A DNA stretch of 64,000 bases from Mobula hypostoma (Eukaryota), in NCBI RefSeq assembly GCF_963921235.1, contig NC_086107.1, positions 107,200,001 through 107,264,000 on the forward strand, given 5' to 3'. Positions 49,455 to 62,559 of this stretch are shown here, piece after piece. Below the pieces are notes generated by a model. That model saw only the letters and a list, made by a program, of their open reading frames with translations, was not told the DNA's origin and did not search any database. Each line of letters begins with the position of its first letter. The stretch's first letter is position 1. The position numbers were made by a program, and so were the translations under genes.

Positions 49455-52340
49455 TCAAACCCTGCCTCCCATATAAGCCTCCAACTTAGATTCCTCCATA
49501 TACCTGTCTAGTAGTCTCTTAAACTTCACTATTGTATCTGCCTCCACCACTGACTCAGGCAGTGCATTCCACGCACCAACCACTCTCTGAGTAAAAAACC
49601 TTCCTCTAATATCCCCCTTGAACTTCCCACCCCTTACCTTAAAGCCACGTCCTCTTGTATTGAGCAGTGGTGCCCTGGGGAAGAGGCGCTGGCTATCCAC
49701 TCTATCTATTCCTCTTATTATCTTGTACACCTCTATCATGTCTCCTCTCATCCTCCTTCTCTCCAAAGAGTAAAGCCCTAGCTCCCTTAATCTCTGATCA
49801 TAATGCATACTTTCTAAACCAGGCAGCACCCTGGTAAATCTCCTCTGTACCCTTTCCAATGCTTCCACATCCTTCCTATAGTGAGGTGACCAGAACTGGA
49901 CACAGTACTCCAAGTGTGGCCTAACCAGAGTTTTATAAAGCTGCATCATTACCTCGCAACTCTTAAACTCTATCCCTCGACTTATGAAAGCTAACACCCC
50001 ATAAGCTTTCTTAACTACCCTATCCACCTGTGAGGAAACTTTCAGGGATCTGTGGACATGTACCCCGAGATCCCTCTGCTCCTCCACACTACCAAGTATC
50101 CTGCCATTTACTTTGTACTCTGCCTTGGAGTTTGTCCTTCCAAAGTGTACTACCTCACACTTCTCCGGGTTGAACTCCATCTGCCACTTCTCAGCCCACT
50201 TCTGCATCCTATCAATGACTCTCTGCAATCTTTGACAATCTTCTACACTATCTACAACACCACCGACCTTTGTGTCGTCTGCAAACTTGCCAGCCCACCC
50301 TCCTACCCCCCACATCCAGGTCGTTAATAAAAATCACGAAAAGTAGAGGTCCCAGAGCAGATCCTTGTGGGACACCACTAGTCACAATCCTCCAATCTGA
50401 ATGTACTCCCTCCACCATCACCCTCTGCCTTCTGCAGGCAAGCCAATTCTGAATCTACCTGGCCAAACTTCCCTGGATCCCATGCCTTCTAACTTTCTGA
50501 ATAAGCCTACCGTGTGGAACCTTGTCAAATGCCTTAATAAAATCCATACAGATCACATCCACTGCACTACCCTCATCTATATGCCTGGTCACCTCCTCAA
50601 AGAACTCTATCAGGCTTGTTAGACACGATCTGCCCTTCATAAAGCCATGCTGACTGTCCCTGATCAGACCATGATTCTCTAAATGCCTATAGATCCTATC
50701 TCTAAGAATCTTTTCCAACAGCTTTCCCACCACAGACGTAAGGCTCACTGGTCTATAATTACCCGGACAATCCCTACTACCTTTTTTGAACAAGTGAACA
50801 ACATTCGCCTCCCTCCAGTCCTCCGGTACCATTCCCGTGGACAACGAGGGCATAAAGATCCTAGCCAGAGGCTCAGCAATCTCTTCTCTCGCCTCGTGGA
50901 GCAGCCTGGGGAATATTCCGTCAGGCCCCGGGGACTTATCTGTCCTAATGTATTTTAACAACTCCAACACCTCCTCTCCAATATCAACGTGCTTCAGAAC
51001 ATCAACCTCGCTCATATTGTCCTCACCATCATCAAGTTCCCTCTCATTGGTGAATACCAAAGAGAAGTATTCATTGAGGACCTCGCTCACTTCCACAGTC
51101 TCCAGGCATATCTTCCCACCTTTATCTCTAATCGGTCGTACCTTCACTCCTGTCATCCTTTTTTTCTTCACATAATTGAAGAATGCCTTGGGGTTTTCCT
51201 TTACCCTACTCGCCAAGGCCTTCTCATGCCCCCTTCTTGCTCTTCTCAGCCCCTTCTTAAGCTCCTTTCTTGCTTCCCTATATTCCTCAATAGACCCATC
51301 TGATCCTTGCTTCCTAAACCTCATGTATGCTGCCTTCTTCCACCTGACTAGATTTTCCACCTCACTTGTCACCCATGGTTCCTTCACCCTACCATTCTTT
51401 ATCTTCCTCACCGGGACAAATTTATCCCTTACATCCCGCAAGAGATCTCTAAACATCGACCACATGTCCATAGTACATTTCCCTGCAAAAGCATCATCCC
51501 AATTCACACCCGCAAGTTCTAGCCTTATAGCCTCATAATTTGCCTTTCCCCAATTAAAAATTTTCCTGTCCTCTTTGATTCTATCCTTTTCCATGATAAT
51601 TATAAAGGCCAGGGAGCAGTGGTCACTGTTCCCCAGATGCTCACCCACTGAGAGATCTGTGACCTGACCCGGTTCATTACCTAGTACTAGATCTAGTATG
51701 GCATTCCCCCTGGTCAGCCTGTCCACATACTGTGACAGGAATCCATCCTGGACACACTTAACAAATTCTGCCCCATCTAAACCCAACTAATCAGGTGCCA
51801 ATCAATATTAGGGAAGTTAAAGTCACCCATGATAACAACCCTGTTATTTTTGTACCTTTCCAAAATCTGCCTCCCAATCTGCTCCTCTGTATCTCTGCTG
51901 CTACCAGGGGGCCTATAGAATACCCCCAGTAGAAGAACTGCTCCCTTCCTGTTCCTGACTTCCACCCATATTGACTCAAAAGAGGATCCTGCTACATTAC
52001 CCACCCTTTCTGTAGCTGTAATAGTATCCCTGACCAGTAATGCCACCCTTCCTCCCCTTTTTCCTCCCTCTCTATCCCTTTTAAGGCACTAAAATCCAGG
52101 AATATTGAGAATCCATTCCTGCCCTGGTGCCAGCCAAGTCTCTGTAATGGCCACTACATCATAATTCCATGTATGTATCCAAGCTCTCAGTTCATCACCT
52201 TTGTTCCTGATGCTTCTTGCATTGAGGTACACACATTTCAGCCCTTCTACCTTACTGTCTTTACACCATTTATTCTGCTTCTCTTTCCTCAAAGCCTCTC
52301 TGTATGTTAGATCTGGCTTTACTCCATACACTTCTTTCAC
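49455..52340 (-). pseudogene. CR1 ORF2 APE endonuclease-reverse transcriptase, disrupted
   Basis: YLNARSIRNK, ITETWL, YRPP, MGDFN, SDH, KSPGPDGI, YRPVSLTS, QHGF, KAFDKVPH, GVPQGS, FADD. Broken by stops near 52089 and 50455 and frameshifts near 51785 and 50300. Confidence 0.96.
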
Positions 52341-52375
52341 TGCTCTATCACTCTGGGTCCCATCCCCCTCGCAAA

Positions 52376-53080
52376 TTAGTTTAAACCCTCCCGAACCATG
52401 CTAGCAAACCTACCTGCAAGGATATTGCTCCCCCTCGAGTTCAGGTGCAACCCATCCAATCTGTACAGGTCCCACCTTCCCCAGGAGAGATCCCAATGAT
52501 CTAAAAATCTAAAACCCTGCTCCCCGCACCAACTCCTCAGCCACGCATTCAACTGCCATCTCCTCCAATTCTTACCATCTCTGTCATGTAGCGCTGGCAG
52601 CAATCCTGAGAACGTCACCCTTGAGGTCCTGTTCTTCAGCCTTCTGCCTAGTTCCCGAAACTCACACTTCAGGACCTCATCCCTCTTCCTGCCTATGTCG
52701 TTGGTCCCAACATGTATCACGACTTCTGGTTGCTTTCCCTCTCGTACCAGGATATCGTGCACCCGGTCAGAGATACCCCGGACCCTGGCACCCAGGAGGC
52801 AACAAACCATGCGGGTGTCCTTCTCACGTCCACAAAATCTCCTGTCTGCTCCCCTGACTATAGAGTCTCCAATGATGACAGCTCTCCTCTTCTCCGTCCC
52901 ACCCTTCTGCACCACAGGGTCAGACTCAGTGCTGGAGGCCCTGCCCCCATGGCTCACACCTGGTTGGTCGTCCCCGCCAACAGTATCCAGGTCGGTAAAC
53001 TTATTATTCAGGGGAATGGCTACAGGGGTGCTCTGTAGTACCTGTCTGCTCACCTTCGCTTTCCCGCCTCTGACTGTCAC
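52376..53080 (-). pseudogene. CR1 ORF1p C-terminal SGNH/GDSL esterase domain
   Basis: VIIGDSIVR (block I), GA (block II), HVGTND (block III), DGLHLN (block V). The frame is open but the N-terminus is missing. Confidence 0.92.
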
Positions 53081-53629
53081 CCAACGACCTGCTTCCGACA
53101 GCCTAGGTCCAGATTCCTTACGCGGTCTTCCAGATCGCCCATATGGAATGTAGATTGAATTTAAAATGCAACTCAGAACAATGGTCTCCCTGGAGCTGCA
53201 GACTGGGGTCGATTAAGAATGAGGAAACACCCATTCATGTGAAATGTCTGCATATGCATGAATGCAGTTCAGAAACAGAGGTGATTAACACTCATTTTGG
53301 GCGTCTTGGTGTGAAGATCTGGATGTTTGAAATCATGTGCAACTCAAAGGAAGTATTATGAATGCTTTGTAACTGAAGAAATTGTTCTGTTGTTACCTTT
53401 GTTTATTGACCTATAAAATGTGATGTAATATTGGGTCAGGGAGCCTCTTCTCCCAAGAGTGTCTCCAGTATGACACTCTTGATAAGCAGAAAAAAGACTT
53501 TTATATCACCAGCTTCCGTGCCTCCTGATACTTCGGTTGCAATCAGAACATTGTCAATCATCTGTTCATGAATTTGAATGGTCTAAAGTGAAAATAAAAC
53601 AGCTATTTCAGCCCACCGACGAAAAATTT

Positions 53630-53993
53630 CTGGGTGGCAGGGTGGAGATACATCTCTACCAAAGGACTTCTAAGGCACTCCTTCCCTCTGCTAGCCTGCA
53701 GTTCACCCCCTGCTTAGTCCCCCGATCAGCGTCGCATGAAGCCATGGGGGAGGATGGAGGATAGTCGTACAAACAGCCTGTGCATATCACACGTCCTGGT
53801 TATGCGACCACCGACGCCAGCCAGACAATCTCTGAAGAGTATTGATAATGGCTGTGGTCACCTGTCTTGTAAAGACACTGCCCTGAAGAAGACAATGGCA
53901 AACCACTTCTAGAGAAAAATTTATCAAGAACAATCATGGTCATGAGACCATGGTCACCCACATCATACAGCATGGGACATAGTGATGATGATA
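53630..53993 (+). mobile_element. Non-autonomous RTE-type element
   Basis: Same family as 25624, with a gatgatgatgat tail. Confidence 0.7.
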
Positions 53994-55266
53994 ATTGTCA
54001 TTGTAAGGTAATTGGCACATAATGAGTGAACGAGCAAGAAGTTTAAAGTAGTTTCATCTTAAATACAAAGCAGAGGCAACATCAAGTCTGCTCAGGACTG
54101 TTTGTCCCACTCCCATCACGGACGAGCCTGTACAGCATCCACACCGGGATCACCAGACTCAAAAGCGGTTATTTCCTGCCGAGCCATCATCTCCTCCCAT
54201 GAGCCCACCCCACCACCTCCCGCAACCACTATATCCACATCAGCCTTTCCTCTCCACCGCCCCTCAGCGCCCTGCATCCCCCCCATGTACTGTCACGTTC
54301 CACTTACGCTCCACACCTCATACCTGCACAGACAAGGTCACTATCCTGAAGTGACTTCATAACTGCTACAGTCCCCTGGCACTCTCTTGCCAAGAGTCAC
54401 TTTGACACTTTATCGTTTCCGGTTAGAGTCACATTACGTTCAAAGATTCAAAGTACATTTACACAGTATACAACCCTGAGATTCATCCACCCCACAGGCA
54501 GCCACGAAAACAAAGAAAACTATGGACCTGTTTTAAAAAAAAATCAAACACCCCCACGCACAAAACTCAACAAATCGTGTAAATGACTACCAAATAAAAT
54601 GAGCATAACACAAAATCGAAAGAGTACAGGCATATTCAGTTCAGCTCGGTGCTGCCTCGACTCAAATCGCCCAGACACTCTTGCACCTAGAACCATTTTA
54701 TGTGCATACAATTGGTCTTTGAATATAAGCTAATTTTATGTATGTACACCACACTGGACAGTTACTTGTAGATCGTGCTTTTATATTTATTGTGTACTTT
54801 ATACATTTTTTTAATGCTGCATCATATCTGGAGTAACAATCACTTAATTCTCCTTTACACTCGTGTTCTGAAGAATGACTATCTTAAACAATCTCAAATC
54901 TTATATATCCTAAAGTACTGGAGAGTGGCGCTGTGCCCCTTGACCTGCTGACAACCTGGGGCATCAAGTAGGTTGGCACAGGACTCTAAGAACCCTGCTG
55001 TGGTGGCTGGCTGGCAATTTTGGCCTCTTCCTCTGTGACAAGGCAGCTCAGGGTGAGCCCATGTAAGAAGGGCTTAGTTAAGACTGGGCGAGTGGCTGAA
55101 CGCTCTTCATTTACCAACCCGACTCAGACCCAACACAGAAACATGTCTGTGCTGTGTTACTGACCATTATTCCATGCCTTCACTTGTTCTGAGTGGGAAA
55201 TTAATTGCCTACCATCCGCCGTGGTGCCCTCAGCCGAGTTTTACTCAGGTAATTTCCAGAATTCAT

Positions 55267-56303
55267 AGACACAAGAGATTCTGCACATGCAACACACACT
55301 AAATGCTGGAGAAACTCGGCAAATCAGGCAGCACCTAAGGACAGGAATAAAGTGTCAACACTTCAGGCCAAGACCCTTCATCAGGACTGGAAAGGATGGG
55401 GGCAGAAGCCAGGATAAGAAGTTGGGCGAGTGGGAAGAGCACAAAATGGCAGGTGTTAGGTGAAACCAGGTGAGGAGAAGGGTGGGTGAATGGGGGAGGG
55501 GTGCTGAAGATAGTAACTAGGAGATGATGGGCGAAGAGGTAAAGGGCTGAAGAAGAAGGAATCTGATAGAAGAGGAGAGTGGACCATGGGAGAAAGGGAA
55601 AGAGGACACAAAGCAAAGACGGGAGCAATGAGCAAGTGGGGAGAAGAGAAGGGGTAAGGGGGGAGAACCAGGATGGGGAATGGAAAAAGAGATAAGGAGG
55701 AAGGGGAAGAAATCACCGGAAGTTAGAGAAATGATGCCCATGCCTCAACTGTCACAACCACGGAGTCTGGGCACCCTCGCAGGCGGGCAGCTGAATGGGA
55801 TTGACAATCACATTCCAGCCAGTTAGTGTTTCCTCGTGGTGGTATTTGACTCCCTTCCTCTCGTTTCAGTCTTGTCGAGACCTGACCGAAACACAGTGGC
55901 GTCAATGCGTCCTGCTCGCCTTTGTCCTTGTTCTGGGAGAGAAGACAACCGTTTAGGTTGACACTGTAATGGAGCAAATTTACTTAGTATTAAGTTACTG
56001 CCTTGAGCCACAATGTCGCCATTAGCTTTCAGTCTTGTTAGCCTAGTGCTTATTATTTTCCTTTTGCTCTGCACAATTCTTATTCCAATTCTGAGAACTC
56101 TTCAATCCGCTTCAGTGTCTGCCCCTCTGCCCTTGGGCCATTACCCTCACAGCCGTGTTAACCGGGTTGGAGGCTACCCGGACAGAATACGAAGTGTTGC
56201 TCCTCCAACTTGAGACTGGCCTCATTGTGGCATTAGAGGAGGCCACGGACAGGCACGTCGGCGTGGGAGCGGCAAGTCGAATTGAAGAGGCTGGTCACCA
56301 GGT
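55267..56303 (-). mobile_element. Penelope-like element 3' end split by a ~410-bp insertion
   Basis: The family sequence breaks at catgcc (55744) and resumes gggttggaggctacc (56164). Mutated hammerhead at 55352-55389. Confidence 0.8.
55750..56160. mobile_element. Candidate solo LTR
   Basis: Discrete insert starting TGTCAC. The right end (gtgtctgc...ttggg...ccgtgtta) resembles a Gypsy LTR end but lacks a clean CA and TSD. Confidence 0.4.
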
Positions 56304-56619
56304 GATTTTCCCCTTTTGCAGCAGACACAGATGCTGCCTGCCCTGCTGAGTTCCCGTAGCATTTTGTGTGCGTTGCTTAGTTTCCAAAGCTGTCTGACGG
56401 CACAGCTACACAAGCAAGTGAGTAAGCAGACACTGACGGCAGTGTGGAGTTGGTTACCTGGAACTGAGCTGCTTCCAAAAAGAGAGAGAAATGGAGGTTG
56501 GGTGGGTGATTGGGAGAGAATACCTCTCTCCGTTCCTGTCATTCTGTTTTCTCTGCTGGGGCACCGGCTACTAGTCTAGATTTGGTTACCACTGGTTACC
56601 GTTCACCAAACTCTCAATG

Positions 56620-57022
56620 TAACACACACAAAACGCTGGAGGAACTCAGCAGGCTAGGCAGAATCTATGGAAAAGTGTAAACAGTTGACTTTTCGGGCTG
56701 AAACCCTCCTTCAGGACTGGAAGGGAAGGGAAGAAGTCAGAGTATGAAGGTGGGGGGAGGGAAGGAAGAAGTACGAGGTGGCAGGTAATAGGTGAAACTG
56801 GGAGAGGTGGGGGGTGAAGTAAAGAGCTGGGAAAATGATTGGTAGAAAGGCTGGAAAAGGGGGGATCTGATAGGGGAGGATGGAAGACCGTGGAAGAAAG
56901 GGAAGGGGGGAGAGCACCAGGGAGAGGTGATGGGCAGGTAAGGAGATAAGGTGTGAGAGAGCAAAGGGGGAATGGTAAAGGGGTGGGGCAATTACGGGAA
57001 GTTCAAGAAATCACTGCTCTCA
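56620..57022 (-). mobile_element. Penelope-like terminal repeat
   Basis: aacacacacaaaacgctggaggaactcagc start. Mutated hammerhead at 56682-56719. Confidence 0.82.
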
Positions 57023-57187
57023 ATGTGTTGCCTTTTATCCCAGGACTTCTCAGGCAGGCTCCTCCATTAGTGAGTGGGGGGAGGGGGGTGAAGGGCCTAC
57101 TGGATATTCCTATTAATACCACTACTGTACTTGTTTTAAGTCCATTCATTTGGATGTTACACAATGCATATTTTTTCCCAGCTAACC

Positions 57188-57495
57188 TGCAAAAGTCTTG
57201 GGCACGTAGGGTGCCTAAGACTTTTGCACAGTACTGTGTTTGTCAACGTGGAACAGAGAGTGAGTTTGTAAACCTGGCAGGAGCAAAGGATGTGGGGAAT
57301 GGTGAGGGTGGAGTGCCGTGGGAGGGGTGTGGGACAGGTAGCAGAGAAGGAGTGCCGGGGGCAAGGGGTGGTGTTGGTGCAGACACACCCAACCCTGAGA
57401 CACCAGACAACGTCGTTTGATTCCAAACAATTGGCTTATTGATCATTACAGAATGTCTCTCTGGTGCTTCCCACTCCCTCCCCTCCCTTTTCCAA
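57188..57495 (-). mobile_element. Partial copy of a composite repeat ending in a mini Tc1-type hairpin
   Basis: Hairpin tgcaaaagtcttgggcac...gtgcctaagacttttgcacagtactg followed by a body that is the reverse complement of 60490-60762. Confidence 0.75.
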
Positions 57496-57496
57496 A

Positions 57497-57805
57497 CATA
57501 ATTCTACTTTCCTGCTCTCAATCCCCCGACTAATAAAAGCCAACACACCAAACTTCTTCTTAACAATCCTATCAACTTGTGCGGCAATCTTGAAGGATCT
57601 ATGGATGTGGACCCAGAGAATCCTCCGTTCCCCCACCCTGCTAAGAACCCCGCATTCTGCTTTCAAACTCAACCTTCTAAAGTGAACCACTTCATACTTT
57701 TCTGGGTTGAACTCCATCTGCCACTTCTCAGCCCAGCTCTGTATCCTATCAGTATCCAGTTGTAACCCACAACAACCTTCTACACTATCCACAGCACCAC
57801 CAATG
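57497..57805 (-). mobile_element. CR1 RT fragment
   Basis: LQLDTDRIQSWAEKWQMEFNPEKYEVVHF. Confidence 0.85.
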
Positions 57806-58058
57806 CTTAAGCTAAGCAGGGAGGTTACTTTTCCTGAATGGCACCAATTAACTGGTGAGCATGAAATTGTCTTTTTGTTGCAGATTTACTAAATTAGTTG
57901 AATTTCAGTTCTCCATCTTCCATAGTAGAGTTTGCACTCTTGTTTTCAGATCAATAACCCAGTAACTGAACTTCCATACTTTCTTAACCAAAATGCAACC
58001 ATAAGCTTTGGAAAATATAGAGGCTAGAAATTCATTGTAGACAGAGGTTTAGTAATTA

Positions 58059-58853
58059 CACTGGAAACAAAAATTTTGCTTCCTAAATACTCTTTGGTGT
58101 ATCTTATGGATTTTGGGCTGCTGATCATGAAAATCACCAGCAAATTTCCCTGTCACGCACCATTTTTTTGAAACGACCTACATTTTTTTTTCAATTCACA
58201 ATTCAAGTTAGAATAACTAATGCCAAGATTAAGGAGGGAATTTTGTTGATCCACAAATCAAACAGATCATCAATGAAAGGCAATTTGAACTTCTAGTGGG
58301 ACTGGAGAAAATTGCATGGAAAGCATTCAAGGATATTGTTGGAAATTTTCTTGGCAGTTACAGAGCAGCAAACTACATGCAGCTGGTTGACAGCATGCTT
58401 CAAGCATGCAAAACTATGAAGTGCAACGTGTTACTAAAGATTCATTTTCTGCATTTCCTTTTAGACTTCCTCACTGCAAATCTTGGTGCTGTCAGTGACG
58501 AGCATGGTGAAAGGTTTCACCAGGACATTGCGGTCACGGAGAAATGGTATCAGGGCAACTGGAATCCATCAATACTGGCTGATTATTGTTGGACACTTAA
58601 GCCAGAAGCCTCAGACACAGTATGAATGAAAATCATCAACAAAACATTTTTAGCTGAGTTGAACTATTGCAAAGCATCAGCACTGTTATGCAATTAAACA
58701 CATTACTCAAAGCAAGTTAATTTCTTGTTTCTCCAAATTCCTACGTGATACAGTAGTCTGAAATTATATTTATGTTCATCTTCAAGCAGTCTATCATAAG
58801 CAAAAAAAAAATTCTGAGGAAGAAACACTTCCGAAAAAATTTGTTATACAGTG
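58059..58853 (+). mobile_element. Chapaev3 (CMC superfamily) DNA transposon, internally deleted
   Basis: Imperfect TIRs cactggaaacaaaaattt / aaatttgttatacagtg. ORF 58296..58625 reads AWKAFK..V.NFLG...LKIHFLH...LGAVSDEHGERFHQDI...YQG.W...LADYCWTL. Confidence 0.82.
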
Positions 58854-58889
58854 TAGAGTGCGCCGGTGAAGAAATTAATTATTCAAATT

Positions 58890-60220
58890 GAGGTAGAAGC
58901 TTATCAAGGCTTGCATAGGAACATTGACAGGATGAGGACCTGGGCTGAGAAGAGGCAGATGGAGAACTTGGAAGATTGAATTTGAATGGCAGGATTCTGA
59001 GCCCTGTGAAGGAACAGAGGGATCTTGGGGTCCACGTTCAAAGATTCAAAATACATTGATTATCAAAGTATGTATGCAGTATGCAACCCTGAGATTTGTC
59101 TTCCCACGGACATCCACGAAACAAAGAAAACCATGAAACCCGTACAAAGGAAAACATAAACGCTCCGCCTTCCACTCCAATAAGCAAAAAATACCCAAAT
59201 CCTACAAACAGAAATAAAAAATATTCCTAGGTCCCTCAAAGTCGACGTGCAAGTTGATAGGACGGTTAAGAAGATGTATGTTGTATGGCTTCCATTAGGG
59301 GAGTGAGTTCAAGATCCACAAGGCAGTTTTGCAGGTCTATAAAAGCACACTTCAATAAATCAAATAAACCTGGAATAAAAAGATAGTTTCACTGTTCCAA
59401 AATGTGGACCAGGTTGGAGTATTGTGTTCAGTTCTGGTCACCTCATTATAGGAAGGATGTGGAAGCTTTAGAGAGGGTGCAGTGGAGGTTTACCAGGATT
59501 CTGCCTGGATTGTAGAGCATGCCTTATGAGCTAAGGCTTTCTTTTCAAAAGCGATGGAGGATGAGGCTGTTATTAACCTCTGTCTGGGCTCTGCTTACCA
59601 CACCCTGCTATTGCAGACACCCCTGTATAACACTGTGTAATACTACCATCACTTCTTATCTGGACGGTGTGAACGTGCACCCATTACTGTATAATATTAC
59701 CATAATTCTTGCACTACCATCTCATCAGTGTGAACTTGGAAATCTTGCAAATCTTGTAATCTTTGATTTGTAAATCTTGCACATCAGATTTTTAAGGTAA
59801 CGTATGTTTTATTCTTTCTCACTTCTTTTCTAATATTTGTATATCTGTGCAGTTGTAATGCCACTGTGACACTGTAATTTCCTTTGGGACCAATAAAGTA
59901 TCCATCTATCTATGAGAGGTGACTTGATAGAGATGTTCAAGATGATAAGAGGTGAAGCCAGAGATTTTTTCCCAGGGCAGAAATGGCTAAGGTGAGGGGG
60001 CGTAATTTTAAAGTGATTGGAGGAAGGTATGGGGGGAGGTCAGAGGTAAGTTTTTGCTCAGACAAGGGTGGGTGCTTGGAATGCACTGTCACTTTAAAGG
60101 GAGATACATTAAGGGCACTGAGGAATGCATTTGGATAGAAAAATGGAGGGCTATGGGGGAAGGGAAGGTTAGATTGACCTTAAAAGGTTGGCACAGCAGC
60201 ATGTTGTTCTACTATATGTT
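58890..60220 (+). mobile_element. Fragmented CR1 RT and 3' end with several nested insertions
   Basis: ctgggctgagaag..gcagatggag, ttggagtattgtgttcagttctggtcacctcattataggaaggatgtgg and CR1 3' UTR. Confidence 0.8.
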
Positions 60221-60347
60221 CAATGCTTATAAAATTATTATTTTTTGTGCATGAGTAACACCTGAAAAGCCACATTAATGCTCATTCCTATTTGAGCTTG
60301 AGATGTGAGTCACCTTTGTGAAACTCTTCAATCCATCCGCTACTGTA

Positions 60348-60836
60348 CACAGTACTGTGGTAATTTTATGTATTGCACTATACTGTTACTGCAAAAAAAA
60401 GACAAATTTCATGACATAAACCTGATTCTGATATGGGTCTCCAATGTGGACTGAGAGTGGGAAGGGGGCAGGGAGAGGGGAATCACGGTTGGGCAAAGGG
60501 GAAGGGAGAGGGGAGGGAGCGGGAGGCACCAGAGAGACATTCGGTAATGATCAAAAAACCAATTGTTTGGAAACAAATGATCTTGCCCGATTCCTTAAGG
60601 TAAGGTGTGTCTACACCCGTAACCTCCTGCCCCATCCCTGGCACTCCTTCTCTGCCACCTGTCCCACACCCCACCCACGGGTGAGGCTCCACCCTCATCA
60701 TTCCTAACATCCTTTGCTCCCACCAGATTTACAAATTCGCTCTCCGCTCAAGTTGACAAATATAGTACTGTGCAAAACTCTTAGGCACCTAAGCAATATA
60801 TATATATATATGTCTAAGACCTTTTGCACAGTACTG
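60348..60836 (+). mobile_element. Composite repeat: TIR remnant, captured Rex1 3' tail, body, mini Tc1-type hairpin
   Basis: cacagtactg at 60348, Rex1 tail at 60358-60431, body at 60432-60762, TA-flanked hairpin at 60763-60836. Confidence 0.7.
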
Positions 60837-62559
60837 TAGCTATCAAAATGGTCAGTAGTTCTGGTCTCAGACTAGAACCATTGACTATGTTCCGCTGCCC
60901 TTCCTGCGTGACCTCCCACACAGGTGTAATGTCGAGAGTATTGGTATTGGTTTATCATTGACACATGCAAGATACAGTGAAAAGCTTGTCTTGCATCCTG
61001 TTGATACAGGTCAGATCATTACACAGTGCAGTAGGGTAAGACAAAGTAAAACAATAGCATAGTGGCTAGTGTAACACTATTACAGTGCCAGTGAACCAGG
61101 TTCAGTTCTGCTGCTCTCTGTAAGGAGTTTATTTGTTCAAAGGTTCAAAGTACTTTTATTATCAAAGAATGTATAAATTATACACCTTGAAATTTGTCTG
61201 CTTACAGGCAGCCACAAAGCAAGAAACCCCGAAAGAACCCAATTAAAAAGAAGACTAACACCCAATACGCAGAGAGAAAAAGGAACAATCATGCAAACAA
61301 TAAAGCAAGCAACAGCATTCAGGACAAAACTGAGTCTATAGACACGAAGGTTGGAGCAGCCAGGGTTGGCCCAGAGTCTCAGTTCAACACACAGCAGGGC
61401 AAATCGCGGACACTAAATCCGGAACAGCCGCCTCGCCTCGGGTCCTGACACCCTGCATTTTCAGTCCATCTGGCCTGGTGTTTACATTGTCTAATGCGAT
61501 ACGCTCTGGGCCCCACGTTGCAGCCTGTTCTCAACCTTTCCAAATCAGATGGATCCAACCTCACACCCGGTTGAGATGGACAGACTCCGAAACAACTCCG
61601 CTGTCGTTCATCTTCAGTATCTTAAACCGTGGTGATCCGGCTTCCACCCACATTTTAAAGACATACAGGTTAGAAGGTTAATTCGAAGTTCAAAGTTCAG
61701 AGTAAATTTTATTAACAAACTACATATATGTCACCATGTACAACCCTGAGATTCATTTTCTTGTGGGCATACTCAGCAAATCTATAGATTAGTAACCATA
61801 ACAGAATCAATGAAAGAACGCCCAATTAGGGCATTCAAGCAGAGTGCAGAAGACAACAAACTGCGCAAATGGAAATATAAATAAACAACCAATAAGCATT
61901 GAGAACATGAGATGAAGAGTCCTGGAAAGTGAGTCCATTGGTTCTCCATATGGGTGCAATGGGCTCATTGCACTGCAAAAATCTGTTACCATGTTGTATC
62001 ACTAAATAAATATATTTTTAAAATTGCAGAATAAATTGTAAAAGCTACAGAGAAAGTGCAGTGCAGGTAAACCATAAAGTGCAAGATCATAACGAGATAT
62101 ATTGTGAGATCAAGAGTCTATTTATCAAACTAGGGAACCATTTAATAGTCTTATTTAAGTTCATAAATGCTTGTGTTGTAGGTGCACCTTATTATTTATT
62201 AATTTAATAGTGCAATATCACTTTATGTGTTATGTGTGTGAGTTATATGTACTGTGTTGAACACTTTGCTCCAGAGGAACATTGTTTCGTTTGGCGGTAC
62301 ACATGTATACAGTTGAATGACAATAAACTGATCTTGGACTTGAACTTGAGGGTAGAATTTGTCTTTGAGCTTGGTCATGAGTCCATCTTATCTTACAAGA
62401 GGTCCATTCGAGGGTCTGATGACAACAGAATAGAGGTTTTTGGATTTGGACACAGAAACAATGAAAGAATAGTATTTCCAAGTCAGGACTGTGTGCGATT
62501 TGACAGTGGTGTTTCCCTCTGCCTGACGGTGAAGGTCACAGGGTTGGGAAGTTCTGAAC

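Larger units (their letters stand above)
49391..53105 (-). mobile_element. CR1/HER1 LINE, 3.7 kb, 5'-truncated within ORF1
   Basis: ORF1 esterase, APE and RT motifs in order, followed by a 3' UTR and a ctatgttctatgtt tail. Confidence 0.97.
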
